From Chthonomonas calidirosea (GTDB lineage Bacteria; Armatimonadota; Fimbriimonadia; Fimbriimonadales; Fimbriimonadaceae), in NCBI GenBank assembly GCA_945859975.1, contig CAMAPH010000001.1:32001-96000 (forward strand): 64,000 nucleotides of DNA, written 5' to 3'. The notes under the pieces were generated by a model. That model was not told the DNA's origin. It was given only the letters and a program-made list of their open reading frames with translations, and ran no database searches. The number at the start of each line of letters is the position of its first letter. Within the stretch, counting starts at the first letter, position 1. This document shows positions 28,974 through 38,081 of the stretch, piece after piece. A program made the position numbers and the translations under genes.

Positions 28974-29336
28974 ATGGCACGTGTAAAACGCGGCCTTATG
29001 CGCCACAAACGGCACAAGAAGGTCATCGAAGCAGCATCCGGCTATTGGGGACGTAAGAAGAACGTCTTCAAGCGCGCTCACGAACAGGTGATGAAGGCGG
29101 GGCAATATGCCTTCCGCGACCGTCGCCGCCGTAAGCGAGATTTCCGACGACTCTGGATCGTTCGAATCACCGCCGCCTGCACCCACTGCGACATCAAATA
29201 CAGCGAATTCATCCACGGACTTACCGTTGGTGGCATTCAAGTCAACCGAAAGATGCTCAGTGAACTGGCGATTGCCGACATGGACGCTTTCAAAGCCGTC
29301 GTCGCCCAAGCCAAAGCCGCCCGCGCAAAGGCTTAA
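28974..29336 (+). CDS. rplT: 50S ribosomal protein L20
   Basis: MARVKRG, YAFRDRRRRKRDFRRLWIVRI, NRKMLSELA; AAGGAG SD. Confidence 0.98.
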   Translation: MARVKRGLMRHKRHKKVIEAASGYWGRKKNVFKRAHEQVMKAGQYAFRDRRRRKRDFRRLWIVRITAACTHCDIKYSEFIHGLTVGGIQVNRKMLSELAIADMDAFKAVVAQAKAARAKA

Positions 29337-29345
29337 TTCAAACGT

Positions 29346-29384
29346 AAAATCGTCCTGCCGCTATCGCGGCAGGACGATTTTTTT
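29346..29384. terminator. Rho-independent terminator (likely bidirectional)
   Basis: AAAATCGTCCTGCCGC-tatc-GCGGCAGGACGATTTT plus T-run, between convergent genes. Confidence 0.9.
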
Positions 29385-29404
29385 GTGCGTCAGGTTTTTT
29401 CCGT

Positions 29405-29626
29405 TTAGAGCTCGGGTTCTCCGCGGCGTCGAACGCCGCCAACAGATCGATCCAATCGTTCAGACCCGCTGCCAGGATGAATCACCTCGTGATAGAGTTC
29501 GCGCAGCTCAAACATGGCTCGAATCCTTTCTTCCGGGGTCGCTGCCGCCCAGAATTCGCGGTCGTAAGAGCGGTCAGGATCTGAGACTCGCCCTTTTCCC
29601 CCAATCATTTGACCTCGTTCTGCCAC
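29405..29626 (-). CDS. Small hypothetical protein (73 aa)
   Basis: DREFWAAATPEERIRAMFELR..RLDRS pattern; TATACT box 6 nt before GTG. Confidence 0.7.
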   Translation of the reverse strand: MAERGQMIGGKGRVSDPDRSYDREFWAAATPEERIRAMFELRELYHEVIHPGSGSERLDRSVGGVRRRGEPEL

Positions 29627-29669
29627 AAAGTTAGTATACGACTCGGGGGAACCGTGCGATCAGCTCCAC

Positions 29670-30623
29670 TTAGTTCCGCGACGCCGCGTTCTCTTGCTCG
29701 GCACTGCGAGCGTCCATGTTCGGCAGATGCTCCGTCGCGAACGAACGCAGGTCCTTCGCGGCAAAATCGGCTCCTGCCGATAGGAAGCGCGCCGGATCCT
29801 GATTGACCATCGCGCCTCCTACGCCAATCGTATATGGCTGGCGACGGTCTCGGACGCGGACCAGTTCCTTCAGCAAAGCTTCGGTATCCGCCGCACTCTC
29901 CTCTGCGGCGCAGCTCAACAGAACCAAAGTTGGTCGGTGGTTGCGCACCGTGGTGATGAAGCTCTTGACCGGCACGTTGGCGCCGAGGAACAGCGTGCGC
30001 CATCCATGTAGGCGAAGGTAGTCGCCAATCATGCGAAGTCCGATGACGTGCCAAGAGTTCGGCGCGCAACCAAGAAGGGCAACCCGGCCGTGCCGACGCA
30101 TTGGCCCCATGATCTGCGAGGTTCGAGCCAACATTCGCTCCGTAACCGCGCTGGCCATGTGCTCCTGGGCCTCGTCAATCGCTTCGACCTTCCACCAGTT
30201 CCCAACCATCGTCATGGCGGGGGCCAACAAGTCCTCGTAGATTTCGATCAGTGAGACCTGCGCGCGGAATGCGGCGTCCATGATCTCGGAGCAAGTCTGC
30301 TCATCACCCTGAACTGCGGCTCGGGCGTACTCTTTGGCCAGTTCGCCCAGGTGCACGTCGGCTGCGCGCAACTCAGGCTGCGTGAATACGGAGTTCACAA
30401 TCGCTTCAATCTCTGGCGTAGCAAGGCTGTAATAGACCTGTCGGCCCGATTTGGTGGCTCGAACGATACCGCGTGCTCGCATTCGTGCGAGGTGGTTGCT
30501 CACGTTCGGCTGCTTCAGATCCGTGGCTTCACAAATTTCCGAGACGTTCCTATGCCCCGCTCGAAGCTCCGCCAGAATTTGGCGACGCGAAGTATCTCCG
30601 AGTTCTTCATAGACGTTTATCAT
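29670..30623 (-). CDS. ArsR/SmtB HTH fused to a CarH-type cobalamin-binding module
   Basis: N-terminal LGDTSRRQIL..QPNVSNHLARMR..G..VYYSL; helical cap with W-x9-EH; Rossmann domain WHVIG, GW..LFLGANVP, LLSC, VGG. Confidence 0.88.
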   Translation of the reverse strand: MINVYEELGDTSRRQILAELRAGHRNVSEICEATDLKQPNVSNHLARMRARGIVRATKSGRQVYYSLATPEIEAIVNSVFTQPELRAADVHLGELAKEYARAAVQGDEQTCSEIMDAAFRAQVSLIEIYEDLLAPAMTMVGNWWKVEAIDEAQEHMASAVTERMLARTSQIMGPMRRHGRVALLGCAPNSWHVIGLRMIGDYLRLHGWRTLFLGANVPVKSFITTVRNHRPTLVLLSCAAEESAADTEALLKELVRVRDRRQPYTIGVGGAMVNQDPARFLSAGADFAAKDLRSFATEHLPNMDARSAEQENAASRN

Positions 30624-30765
30624 ATTGACCTTGACATATTACAATACGCGTGACTGATATGTTTCGTCATAAAAAATTACTGAAGAATAAATCTGAGGGT
30701 CTAAAGGTAACCATGCCGGTAAAATAGCTGTAAATCCCAGGGAGAGATTCTCTCAAAGGCGAGCT

Positions 30766-31878
30766 ATGTATCTATCCATCCATCCCGAAGAATCAACCTT
30801 TCTAGATCGAGTCCGCGAGTTCGTCGCGAATGACGTTCTACCAAACACCCGAAAATGGGAAGAGCAAACAGGTTTCGACGACGAAATCTGGGAGAAGCTC
30901 GGCACCGTCGGTCTGCTCAAGATGGGCCTGCCCGTCGATCAAGGCGGCGTCAGCTGTGCCGCATATTGCGAAGCGATTCGTGAACTTGCGAAGGGCGACC
31001 CTGCGTTGGCAATGAACGTCGCGGCCATCAATGCTCTCGTCGTTGCTCACATCGTAGCGTTTGGCACCCAAGAGCAGAAAGAAAAGTACTTGGCCGATGT
31101 CACCGCTGGCCGCGTGAAGGTCGCTTGGGGACTCACCGAGCCAGACGCCGGATCGGATGCGCGCCGAGTCAAGACCGTCGCCGAACCGATCGAAGGTCGA
31201 GATGGCTTCTACAACATCACCGGGCGAAAGATGTTCATCACGAACGGCGGCAAAGCCGATCTGATTGTGATCATCGCGCGAACCTCCGAAAAAGAGCTCA
31301 GCGCGTTCCTCCTGGAAACCAATCAACCTGGATTCACCCTCGAGAAGCGAATTCACACCGTCGGCGTTTCTGCCTCGAACACCGTTCAGTTCGGCTTAAA
31401 CAACGCCGTTGGCTGGCACACGCCATGTAAGTTCGAAGAAGCGATCGGCTTGCTCTACCGGGGTCGACTTGGCATTGCCGGAATGGCGGTCGGAATCGCT
31501 GAAAAGGCTCACGAACTGGCTGTCGAGTACTCCAAGCAGCGCGAACAGTTCAATCGCCGGCTCTGCGATATGCAGAGCGTGCAGAACATGCTCGCTGACA
31601 GCGAAGTCGAAGTCGAAGCCGCCCGCTTGTTGCTCCAAAAAGGAGCCCAGCTCTTCGACATGGGTCTTCCGATCATCAAGGAAAGCTCCATCGCCAAGCT
31701 TTACAGTAGCGAGACCGCAAATCGCGTGACCAACCGAGCGGTCCAGATTCACGGCGGTCGAGGCATGACCCGCGAGTTCCTCGTTGAGAAGCTTTGGCGA
31801 GATGCCAAGCTCACCGAAATCGGCGAAGGCTGCTCAGAAATCCAGCGGATGGTCATCGCCAAACAGATCACGAAGTAA
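30766..31878 (+). CDS. Acyl-CoA dehydrogenase
   Basis: WGLTEPDAGSD, KMFITNG, REQF, AVQIHGG, WRDAKLTEIGEG. Confidence 0.95.
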   Translation: MYLSIHPEESTFLDRVREFVANDVLPNTRKWEEQTGFDDEIWEKLGTVGLLKMGLPVDQGGVSCAAYCEAIRELAKGDPALAMNVAAINALVVAHIVAFGTQEQKEKYLADVTAGRVKVAWGLTEPDAGSDARRVKTVAEPIEGRDGFYNITGRKMFITNGGKADLIVIIARTSEKELSAFLLETNQPGFTLEKRIHTVGVSASNTVQFGLNNAVGWHTPCKFEEAIGLLYRGRLGIAGMAVGIAEKAHELAVEYSKQREQFNRRLCDMQSVQNMLADSEVEVEAARLLLQKGAQLFDMGLPIIKESSIAKLYSSETANRVTNRAVQIHGGRGMTREFLVEKLWRDAKLTEIGEGCSEIQRMVIAKQITK

Positions 31879-31941
31879 TTCTCATCCCGAGCGGTGAGAT
31901 TTCTGCGGCGATGGCGCAAATGCTAGGCTATCATGTCTGGC

Positions 31942-33000
31942 ATGAGCCCCATCGCCGTTCTTGCTTTTCTGAGCGTATTCCCGTTCCAACAGACTCCGGC
32001 CAAACCGGTAACGCTCACCCGAAAGTACATCCTCGGCGAAAAGGCGGCCTACCGAGTGCGTGCGGACATCCAGATTCAAAGCCGCGAGGGTGAACTCCGA
32101 ACATTCATTCCCGAAGACGAGGGCCTCGAGTACGACTTCACCACCGAAGTCAAGCAACTTAAGCCGGACGGGATTGCCGACATCATCTATCGCCGTCCGA
32201 CGATCAAAATCATCCAGGGGGAGACCTTTGATTCGGGCATCAAAACAACGACCGAAAAGATCAACTTAAACTATCTCCTGACTCTGTCGCCTATCAACGA
32301 GGTCCTGGCGGATAAAGACCTGAATCCACCGAAGAAGGAGAAGGCGGGGCCGGACAAACTGAATCTAGCCAACAAGGCGGCAGTCACGCGAAAAGCACAG
32401 GACTTTTTCGACGGGTTTATCGAAGAGGTTCAGCGCCTTTCCGTTTTCATCGGGTCGCTCGACTCTTCTCTGGACTTCAATCCGAAGTTCCCGTTTGATG
32501 AAGTCGTCGCGGGAGACACTTGGAAGCGTACCGTTGGGTTCCAACCACAGAAGCTGAAAGGCACCGACGGGAAGCAGGCCGTGCAGCGGCTCGACATCAC
32601 CTACACCTTCAAAGGCAGCACAAAGCGCGGACCGAAGGACGTCTACCGGATCGAGGCTGACCTGAATCACGAAACGGACTTGAGTCAATTCTTGAACCAG
32701 CTTGCCGAAGTAGATTCGGAAATCACAGGAATTAAGCGCTTCCCCCTCCGGTTAAAGGCGAAGGTCACCTACGACATCGATCCGGCAACCGGCCGCACGC
32801 TTGGGGCCGTTGCCGAGTCGGAAGGCGGCTACGAGGTCGTCCTCACGAGCAATGAGAACGATCCTATTGTCGAAGAAAAACTCAAGGGGCGAACCGTCAT
32901 GTCGCTACTCAGCGTGACCAACCCGTCGTCGACCAAGAAAGCACCAGCCAAAAAGACTCCGCCGCCCAAGGGCAAAACCAAGGGCAAATCGAAAGGCTAA
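31942..33000 (+). CDS. Secreted hypothetical protein with Lys-rich C-terminal tail
   Basis: Signal-like N-terminus; GDTWK motif; beta-rich. Start placed at ATG 31942, 7 nt after TATCAT. Confidence 0.8.
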   Translation: MSPIAVLAFLSVFPFQQTPAKPVTLTRKYILGEKAAYRVRADIQIQSREGELRTFIPEDEGLEYDFTTEVKQLKPDGIADIIYRRPTIKIIQGETFDSGIKTTTEKINLNYLLTLSPINEVLADKDLNPPKKEKAGPDKLNLANKAAVTRKAQDFFDGFIEEVQRLSVFIGSLDSSLDFNPKFPFDEVVAGDTWKRTVGFQPQKLKGTDGKQAVQRLDITYTFKGSTKRGPKDVYRIEADLNHETDLSQFLNQLAEVDSEITGIKRFPLRLKAKVTYDIDPATGRTLGAVAESEGGYEVVLTSNENDPIVEEKLKGRTVMSLLSVTNPSSTKKAPAKKTPPPKGKTKGKSKG

Positions 33001-33015
33001 GTACACTGCCGAATC

Positions 33016-34692
33016 GTGAATTCGCCGAAGAAGCTCAACCTGTGGATCGCCATCGGGCTGTTTATCCTCGCCCTTGGCCTCCGCGGCTTTGGCATCGGTT
33101 GGGGACTGCAAAACGATCTCCACAATCAGAGCTATCACCCGGATGAACTCCCGATCTTTGCTGCTTCGCAACAGATCGTCCCGACCCAAGGCAAGTTCAC
33201 GCCCGGGTTTTACAACTACGGAACGCTGTATCTCACCGTCCTGCGGGTTGCGTCCGATGCCGTGACCGCCTACACCGGTGGACCCGCAGAAAATGATGCA
33301 AACAGCACCTGGGCCTGGGTGTCCCGCATCCACCTCGTTGGCCGATGGCTGAGTGCGCTTTGCGGAGCCGGAACGGTGGTGTTCGTATTTCTGACGCTGC
33401 GCCGTTTCATTGGTCAGTTCGGGGCGGTTTTTGGCGCGCTGGTTCCGCTCGTAGCTCCGGCGTTCGTGGTCCATTCCCGGTTCCAGACCGTCGACGTGCC
33501 CGCCACTTTCCTTCTCGCGGCTTCGACCTTCTTTGCCGTTCTTTTGCTCCCGACCGAGGACGATCCGGAGCCAAAAAACCTGATGCGCTGGGCGATGCTC
33601 AGCGGACTCTTCGCTGGCCTCAGTGCGGGCACCAAGTACACCGGCATCCTCGTTCTCGCGACTCTCATAATTGCCGCGTTCTTTGGCGCTAAGAAAGATT
33701 GGCTAAAGCTCTCCGCCGCCGCTATCGGAGTGGCGCTTCTTTCGTTCGTCATCTGCACCCCGGGCGTCCTGCTGGATACGACCGAGTTTCTCACCGACTT
33801 CAAATACGAAATGGCTCACACCAGCACCGGGCACGGTCTGGTGTTTGTCGGAACCTCGTCCGGGTTCCTCTATCACGTCAGCAACCTTCTCGTCGGCGTT
33901 GGTCCGCTTCTAACGCTCCTCGGAATCCTTGGTCTCGGAATCGGGGCCCGGCAGAAGCAGCCTTGGATTTTCGCGATCATCGCGTTTGCGTTGCTTTACT
34001 TCGTCCTTATCGGTCGTGCCGAGGTGAAGTTCCTTCGCTACACTTTCCCTCTTATCGTCGGCCTCGCCGCAGGGTTTGGGGTGTTCATGGACTACTGCGA
34101 GAAACAGCCGAACCTCGGTCGGATCGGCGCCGCCCTCGGCATTGCCGGAATCGGCGGAATCGATCCGGGAGGGATGCGGCAGGCGATTAACCTGACCCTT
34201 TGGATGACCGGAGACGACCCCCGAGATAGTGCGGTTCAATATTTGCGCACTCAGCAGGGCAACGTAGGGATCGCTAGCCTGCCGTGGTTTTATACGGCGC
34301 CCACCTATCGCAACGCAACCCTCGGCCCTCAGGCTTCGCTCAGCTCAAGTCTTGGCGAAATGCAAGAGACCGCAAATCCTCCAACCGTCTTCTTCGCGCA
34401 ATCACCCGATGACCCGTATGCGTTTAACTTAGGGTTGCTGGAGCAAACAAAACCAGACCGCATCGCGATTAGCTCATTCGAGTATGGCGATCCGCTTCGG
34501 ATCAAAGCGGCCGGAATTGAACCGAAAGATCCGGTGGAAAAGCTCCTCGTGGACCGGGCCGTAACTTTCATGGAAGCGATCAAAAAGGACTACGAAATCG
34601 ACAAAGCCTTCGGCATCGATGGGATTCGCATCCATGACTTGGAGTACATCCGTCCAGAGTTGATGGTATGGAAACGAAAGTCGACGAACTGA
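33016..34692 (+). CDS. GT-C membrane glycosyltransferase (ArnT/PMT, GT39/83-like)
   Basis: HPDE motif, many TM helices, GLSAGTKY, RY. Confidence 0.85.
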   Translation: MNSPKKLNLWIAIGLFILALGLRGFGIGWGLQNDLHNQSYHPDELPIFAASQQIVPTQGKFTPGFYNYGTLYLTVLRVASDAVTAYTGGPAENDANSTWAWVSRIHLVGRWLSALCGAGTVVFVFLTLRRFIGQFGAVFGALVPLVAPAFVVHSRFQTVDVPATFLLAASTFFAVLLLPTEDDPEPKNLMRWAMLSGLFAGLSAGTKYTGILVLATLIIAAFFGAKKDWLKLSAAAIGVALLSFVICTPGVLLDTTEFLTDFKYEMAHTSTGHGLVFVGTSSGFLYHVSNLLVGVGPLLTLLGILGLGIGARQKQPWIFAIIAFALLYFVLIGRAEVKFLRYTFPLIVGLAAGFGVFMDYCEKQPNLGRIGAALGIAGIGGIDPGGMRQAINLTLWMTGDDPRDSAVQYLRTQQGNVGIASLPWFYTAPTYRNATLGPQASLSSSLGEMQETANPPTVFFAQSPDDPYAFNLGLLEQTKPDRIAISSFEYGDPLRIKAAGIEPKDPVEKLLVDRAVTFMEAIKKDYEIDKAFGIDGIRIHDLEYIRPELMVWKRKSTN

Positions 34693-35570
34693 AGCAAGAC
34701 GTTGCCTGGTTCCTCGACCACTTGAAGCATGAACGAGGAGCCAGCGAACACACCCTCCTCGCCTATCAGAACGACCTCCACGCCATCGCGATCCACTTCG
34801 CCGGTCAAGAACTGCCCCACTGGTCTCAACTGACCACGCCGATGCTTCTGAGCTTTGAAGCAACGCTTGGCGCCCCAATGGCGCGAACAAGCGCCCAGCG
34901 ACGCGTGAGTGCCCTACGATCCTTCCTAAAGTTCCTGAAGCGGAACAATGCGGGGCCAACTATTGACCTCCCCAGTACCGGAGGATTTAAGCCACCGAAG
35001 ACCCTTCCTAAAGCACTGACAAAGCCAAAGGTCAATGAGCTTCTTGCCGCGGCGGTCCCGGAAGAAGCCGCGACCTACCGAGACCGGGCTCTTTTTGAAC
35101 TCATTTACGGAGCAGGACTGAGAATCTCCGAAGCCGTCGGAATAACCCTGGATGCCGTCCGATTGAACGATCAGGTCATTCGGGTGACCGGAAAGCGCGG
35201 CAAGACCCGCGTGGTTCCACTTCCCGATGAAACCGCGCGGTGGCTTCGACAATATCTCGATGAAGCGAGACCCAAGCTCCTCAAAAAGCCGATGGAACAA
35301 CTCATCATCAGCGATACCGGAAAGGTGATGGCACGCCAGACTGCGTACCAGCGCATTCGGCGAATGGCCACCCTCGCGGGCATTGAGGGCCATTTGTCGC
35401 CGCACACCCTACGGCATACCTATGCCGTGCACCTTTTGCAGGGCGGCGCAGACCTCCGGGCCGTTCAAGAATTGCTTGGGCACGAGTCGATCGCCACGAC
35501 CCAGGTTTACACGCAATTGGAAATGGACGAGATTAGGAAGCGGTACCTCGATGCCCACCCGCGCCAATGA
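34668..35570 (+). CDS. xerD: Tyrosine recombinase XerD/XerC
   Basis: SEHTLLAYQNDL, GLRISE, GKRGKTR, HTLRH, GADLRAVQELLGH, TTQVY. Chromosomal Xer type, not a phage integrase. Confidence 0.88.
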   Translation: METKVDELKQDVAWFLDHLKHERGASEHTLLAYQNDLHAIAIHFAGQELPHWSQLTTPMLLSFEATLGAPMARTSAQRRVSALRSFLKFLKRNNAGPTIDLPSTGGFKPPKTLPKALTKPKVNELLAAAVPEEAATYRDRALFELIYGAGLRISEAVGITLDAVRLNDQVIRVTGKRGKTRVVPLPDETARWLRQYLDEARPKLLKKPMEQLIISDTGKVMARQTAYQRIRRMATLAGIEGHLSPHTLRHTYAVHLLQGGADLRAVQELLGHESIATTQVYTQLEMDEIRKRYLDAHPRQ

Positions 35571-35576
35571 ATCCCG

Positions 35577-35789
35577 TTAGGCCGCTTGACTCACATCGGC
35601 GTCAATAGAGAACGCCGTTTCTCCCGTCAGAAGCATTTTCGTGATGTACGGCCGGCAGGTGCCGCACTTCGTGCCGCAACCAAACCTCTCGCTGGCTTCT
35701 TCTAGGGTAGCAACTCCCGCTTCCGATAGCTCCTCAAAGGTTACGTTAAAGCAGACGCAACGTCGAATGGGAGTCGGATCGAAGACCAC
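35577..35789 (-). CDS. BFD-like [2Fe-2S]-binding protein
   Basis: CVCFNVT...GTKCGTCRPYI. Confidence 0.85.
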   Translation of the reverse strand: MVFDPTPIRRCVCFNVTFEELSEAGVATLEEASERFGCGTKCGTCRPYITKMLLTGETAFSIDADVSQAA

Positions 35790-35807
35790 ACTGACAAATT
35801 ACGAAAC

Positions 35808-36845
35808 TTAGACCGGATTCGCATCCCAAATGTCCGCATTCGGTAGCGCATCTAGGCTGAAGTCGGATCGCTCGCCTCGCTCGAGGCGCCAAGACCCGGC
35901 CAGACCAATCATCGCGGCATTGTCTGTGCAAAGCGAAAACGCTGGCACGGCAAAGGCGGTGCCTCGCTTCCGAGCCTCTTCTGAGAGTCGCTCGCGAAGT
36001 GCAACGTTCGCCGCCACACCACCCACGAGCGAAAGGGCACGCACACCCGTTTCATCGATCGCGAGAAATGTCCGCTTGACCAGCACGCTGACAATCGCCT
36101 CCTGAAGGCTCGCAGCAGCGTCGGAAATGTTGATTTGATCCCCTTCGAGCTCGGTGAGCCGAAGCATGGCCGTCTTCAGACCGCTGAAACTAAAATCGGT
36201 CGTATCTCCGCGCAAGCCAACCGGAAGCTTATATCGCTTTGGGTTTCCCTCTTTGGCCGCTCGCTGGACGGCGAGCCCACCTGGATACCCGAGTCCCAAA
36301 AGGCGCGCCCCCTTATCGAACGCTTCACCGGCGGCGTCATCGATCGTCGCGCCGATCAGCCGATAATGGCCCGGAGCTTGAACGTGAACGAGCTCGGTGT
36401 GCCCACCCGAAACCACAAGCGCGACGTGCTCCGTAGGGAAATCCTCGTGTTCCGCGAAGATGCTGCAAAGGTGCCCTTCGAGGTGATGAACGCCCAAGAA
36501 CGGAATGCCAAGCGACATTGCGAGCGCTTTTGCGGAAGTCACCCCAACGCTTAACGCACCCACCAACCCCGGGCGATTAGTGATCGCAATTCCGCCAATT
36601 TCAGAGAGCGCGACTCCAGCCGAATCTAAAGCTTCACGAACAACCGGAATGATCGCCTCGACGTGCGCCCGGGACGCAGCCTCCGGCACGACACCGCCCC
36701 ACTTGGCGTGGAGTTCGATCTGGCTGGCAATTACGTTCGAGCGAATCTCGCGGCCAACCAACACGGCGGCACTGGTTTCGTCGCAACTCGACTCGATGGC
36801 GAGCAAGCGCTTCGTGAAGAAATTCAGTTCACGAACGAGGCTCAC
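35808..36845 (-). CDS. tsaD: t6A threonylcarbamoyltransferase TsaD
   Basis: LAIESSCDETS, GGVVPEAASRAH, HHLEGH, VSGGHT, DDAAGEAFDK, TDNAAMI; GTG overlapping the rimI stop. Confidence 0.96.
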   Translation of the reverse strand: MSLVRELNFFTKRLLAIESSCDETSAAVLVGREIRSNVIASQIELHAKWGGVVPEAASRAHVEAIIPVVREALDSAGVALSEIGGIAITNRPGLVGALSVGVTSAKALAMSLGIPFLGVHHLEGHLCSIFAEHEDFPTEHVALVVSGGHTELVHVQAPGHYRLIGATIDDAAGEAFDKGARLLGLGYPGGLAVQRAAKEGNPKRYKLPVGLRGDTTDFSFSGLKTAMLRLTELEGDQINISDAAASLQEAIVSVLVKRTFLAIDETGVRALSLVGGVAANVALRERLSEEARKRGTAFAVPAFSLCTDNAAMIGLAGSWRLERGERSDFSLDALPNADIWDANPV

Positions 36846-37321
36846 CGGAACGGCGGCTCCCAACTCTTCAGGTCGTACAGCCACATCACGACGGCGTCTT
36901 CCTGATTATCGGGGTAGTACTTGCGCCGAACGGCGGCCCGTTGAAATCCGAGTCGCTCGTAAAGCCGGATCGCCACGTCGTTGCCAGCTCGTACCTCGAG
37001 CGTGCTGCAAAGCATGCCTTGATCTCGGGCCGCCGAGAGCAACTCGATCACGAGTCGACGCCCGATTCCTTGTCGCTGGACCTCAGGCTTCACCGCCACC
37101 GTCGTAATGTGCGCCTCGTCGATCACGAGCCAGACGCCGCCGTACCCGACCACCTCACCGTCCTGAATCGCAACTCGAAAAATGCCGTTGTCGTGGTTCA
37201 GCTCGTTGCGAAAAGCACGCTCGGACCATGGTGCGGTGTTCACCGTAGGCTCAATCAACAAAAGAGCAGACAAGTGCGACTCGTCGAATTTCTCAAGTCG
37301 AAGGGTGGATTTAACGGACAT
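36842..37321 (-). CDS. rimI: Ribosomal protein S18 alanine N-acetyltransferase RimI
   Basis: PWS, DEAHITTVAV, RQGIG, LEVRAGN, RRKYY..EDA; adjacent to tsaD. Confidence 0.93.
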   Translation of the reverse strand: MSVKSTLRLEKFDESHLSALLLIEPTVNTAPWSERAFRNELNHDNGIFRVAIQDGEVVGYGGVWLVIDEAHITTVAVKPEVQRQGIGRRLVIELLSAARDQGMLCSTLEVRAGNDVAIRLYERLGFQRAAVRRKYYPDNQEDAVVMWLYDLKSWEPPFR

Positions 37322-37339
37322 GGGGATCCTTACTCGGCG

Positions 37340-38041
37340 TTATCCGCCCAGATACGCTTCTTTGACCTTTGGATTCGCGAGGAGCGACTTACCGGTATCG
37401 GAAAGGACAATCTTGCCCGTTTCCAAAACGTAGGCTCGGTGCGCGATTTCTAGCGCCCGGTTCGCGTTTTGCTCAACGAGAAGGATTGTCGTGCCTTCCT
37501 TGTTCAGGTCAAGCACGATGTTGAAAATCTCGGTTACGAGGTTCGGGGCCAGTCCAAGGCTCGGCTCATCGAGAAGCAAAATTTCAGGGCGAGCCATGAG
37601 CGCGCGACCAATAGCGAGCATTTGCTGCTCTCCGCCGGACATCGTCCCGGAGTTCTGCTTGAATCGCTCCCGAAGGCGAGGGAATCGTTTCAGAACGTGC
37701 TCCATGTCGTCCGCAACTCCGGCGTCCTTCCGAATGAAAGCGCCAAGTTGCAGGTTCTCGTGAACCGACATGTTCGTAAAAATGCGTCGGCCCTCGGGCG
37801 AGTGAGAGATTCCCGCGCGCACGATGTCGTGCGGAGCCATCGTCGTCAGGTCCTTACCCTTGAAGCTCATCGTGCCCGTTCGAGGGCGGAGAAGCCCGCT
37901 GATCGTGCGCAACAGGGTGCTCTTTCCGGCACCGTTACTGCCAATAATTGCCACGATTTCGCCAGGTTCAACTTTGACGGTGACGTCTTCTAGCGCATGA
38001 ATAGCGCCGTAGTAAACGTTGATGTTGCGAATGTCGAGCAT
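37340..38041 (-). CDS. livF: Branched-chain amino acid ABC transporter ATPase (LivF-like)
   Basis: GSNGAGKST, PEGRRIF, SGGEQQMLAIGRALM, LDEPSLGLAP, VEQNA. Confidence 0.92.
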   Translation of the reverse strand: MLDIRNINVYYGAIHALEDVTVKVEPGEIVAIIGSNGAGKSTLLRTISGLLRPRTGTMSFKGKDLTTMAPHDIVRAGISHSPEGRRIFTNMSVHENLQLGAFIRKDAGVADDMEHVLKRFPRLRERFKQNSGTMSGGEQQMLAIGRALMARPEILLLDEPSLGLAPNLVTEIFNIVLDLNKEGTTILLVEQNANRALEIAHRAYVLETGKIVLSDTGKSLLANPKVKEAYLGG

Positions 38042-38081
38042 CGGGAACCTTTGGTGATACCAGAACCGGGCGTTGGTTCGG

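Noticed and set aside
34668..35570. Tyrosine recombinase as a mobile-element integrase
   Set aside because: About 300 aa with XerC/D signatures, embedded among housekeeping genes, no att or cargo.
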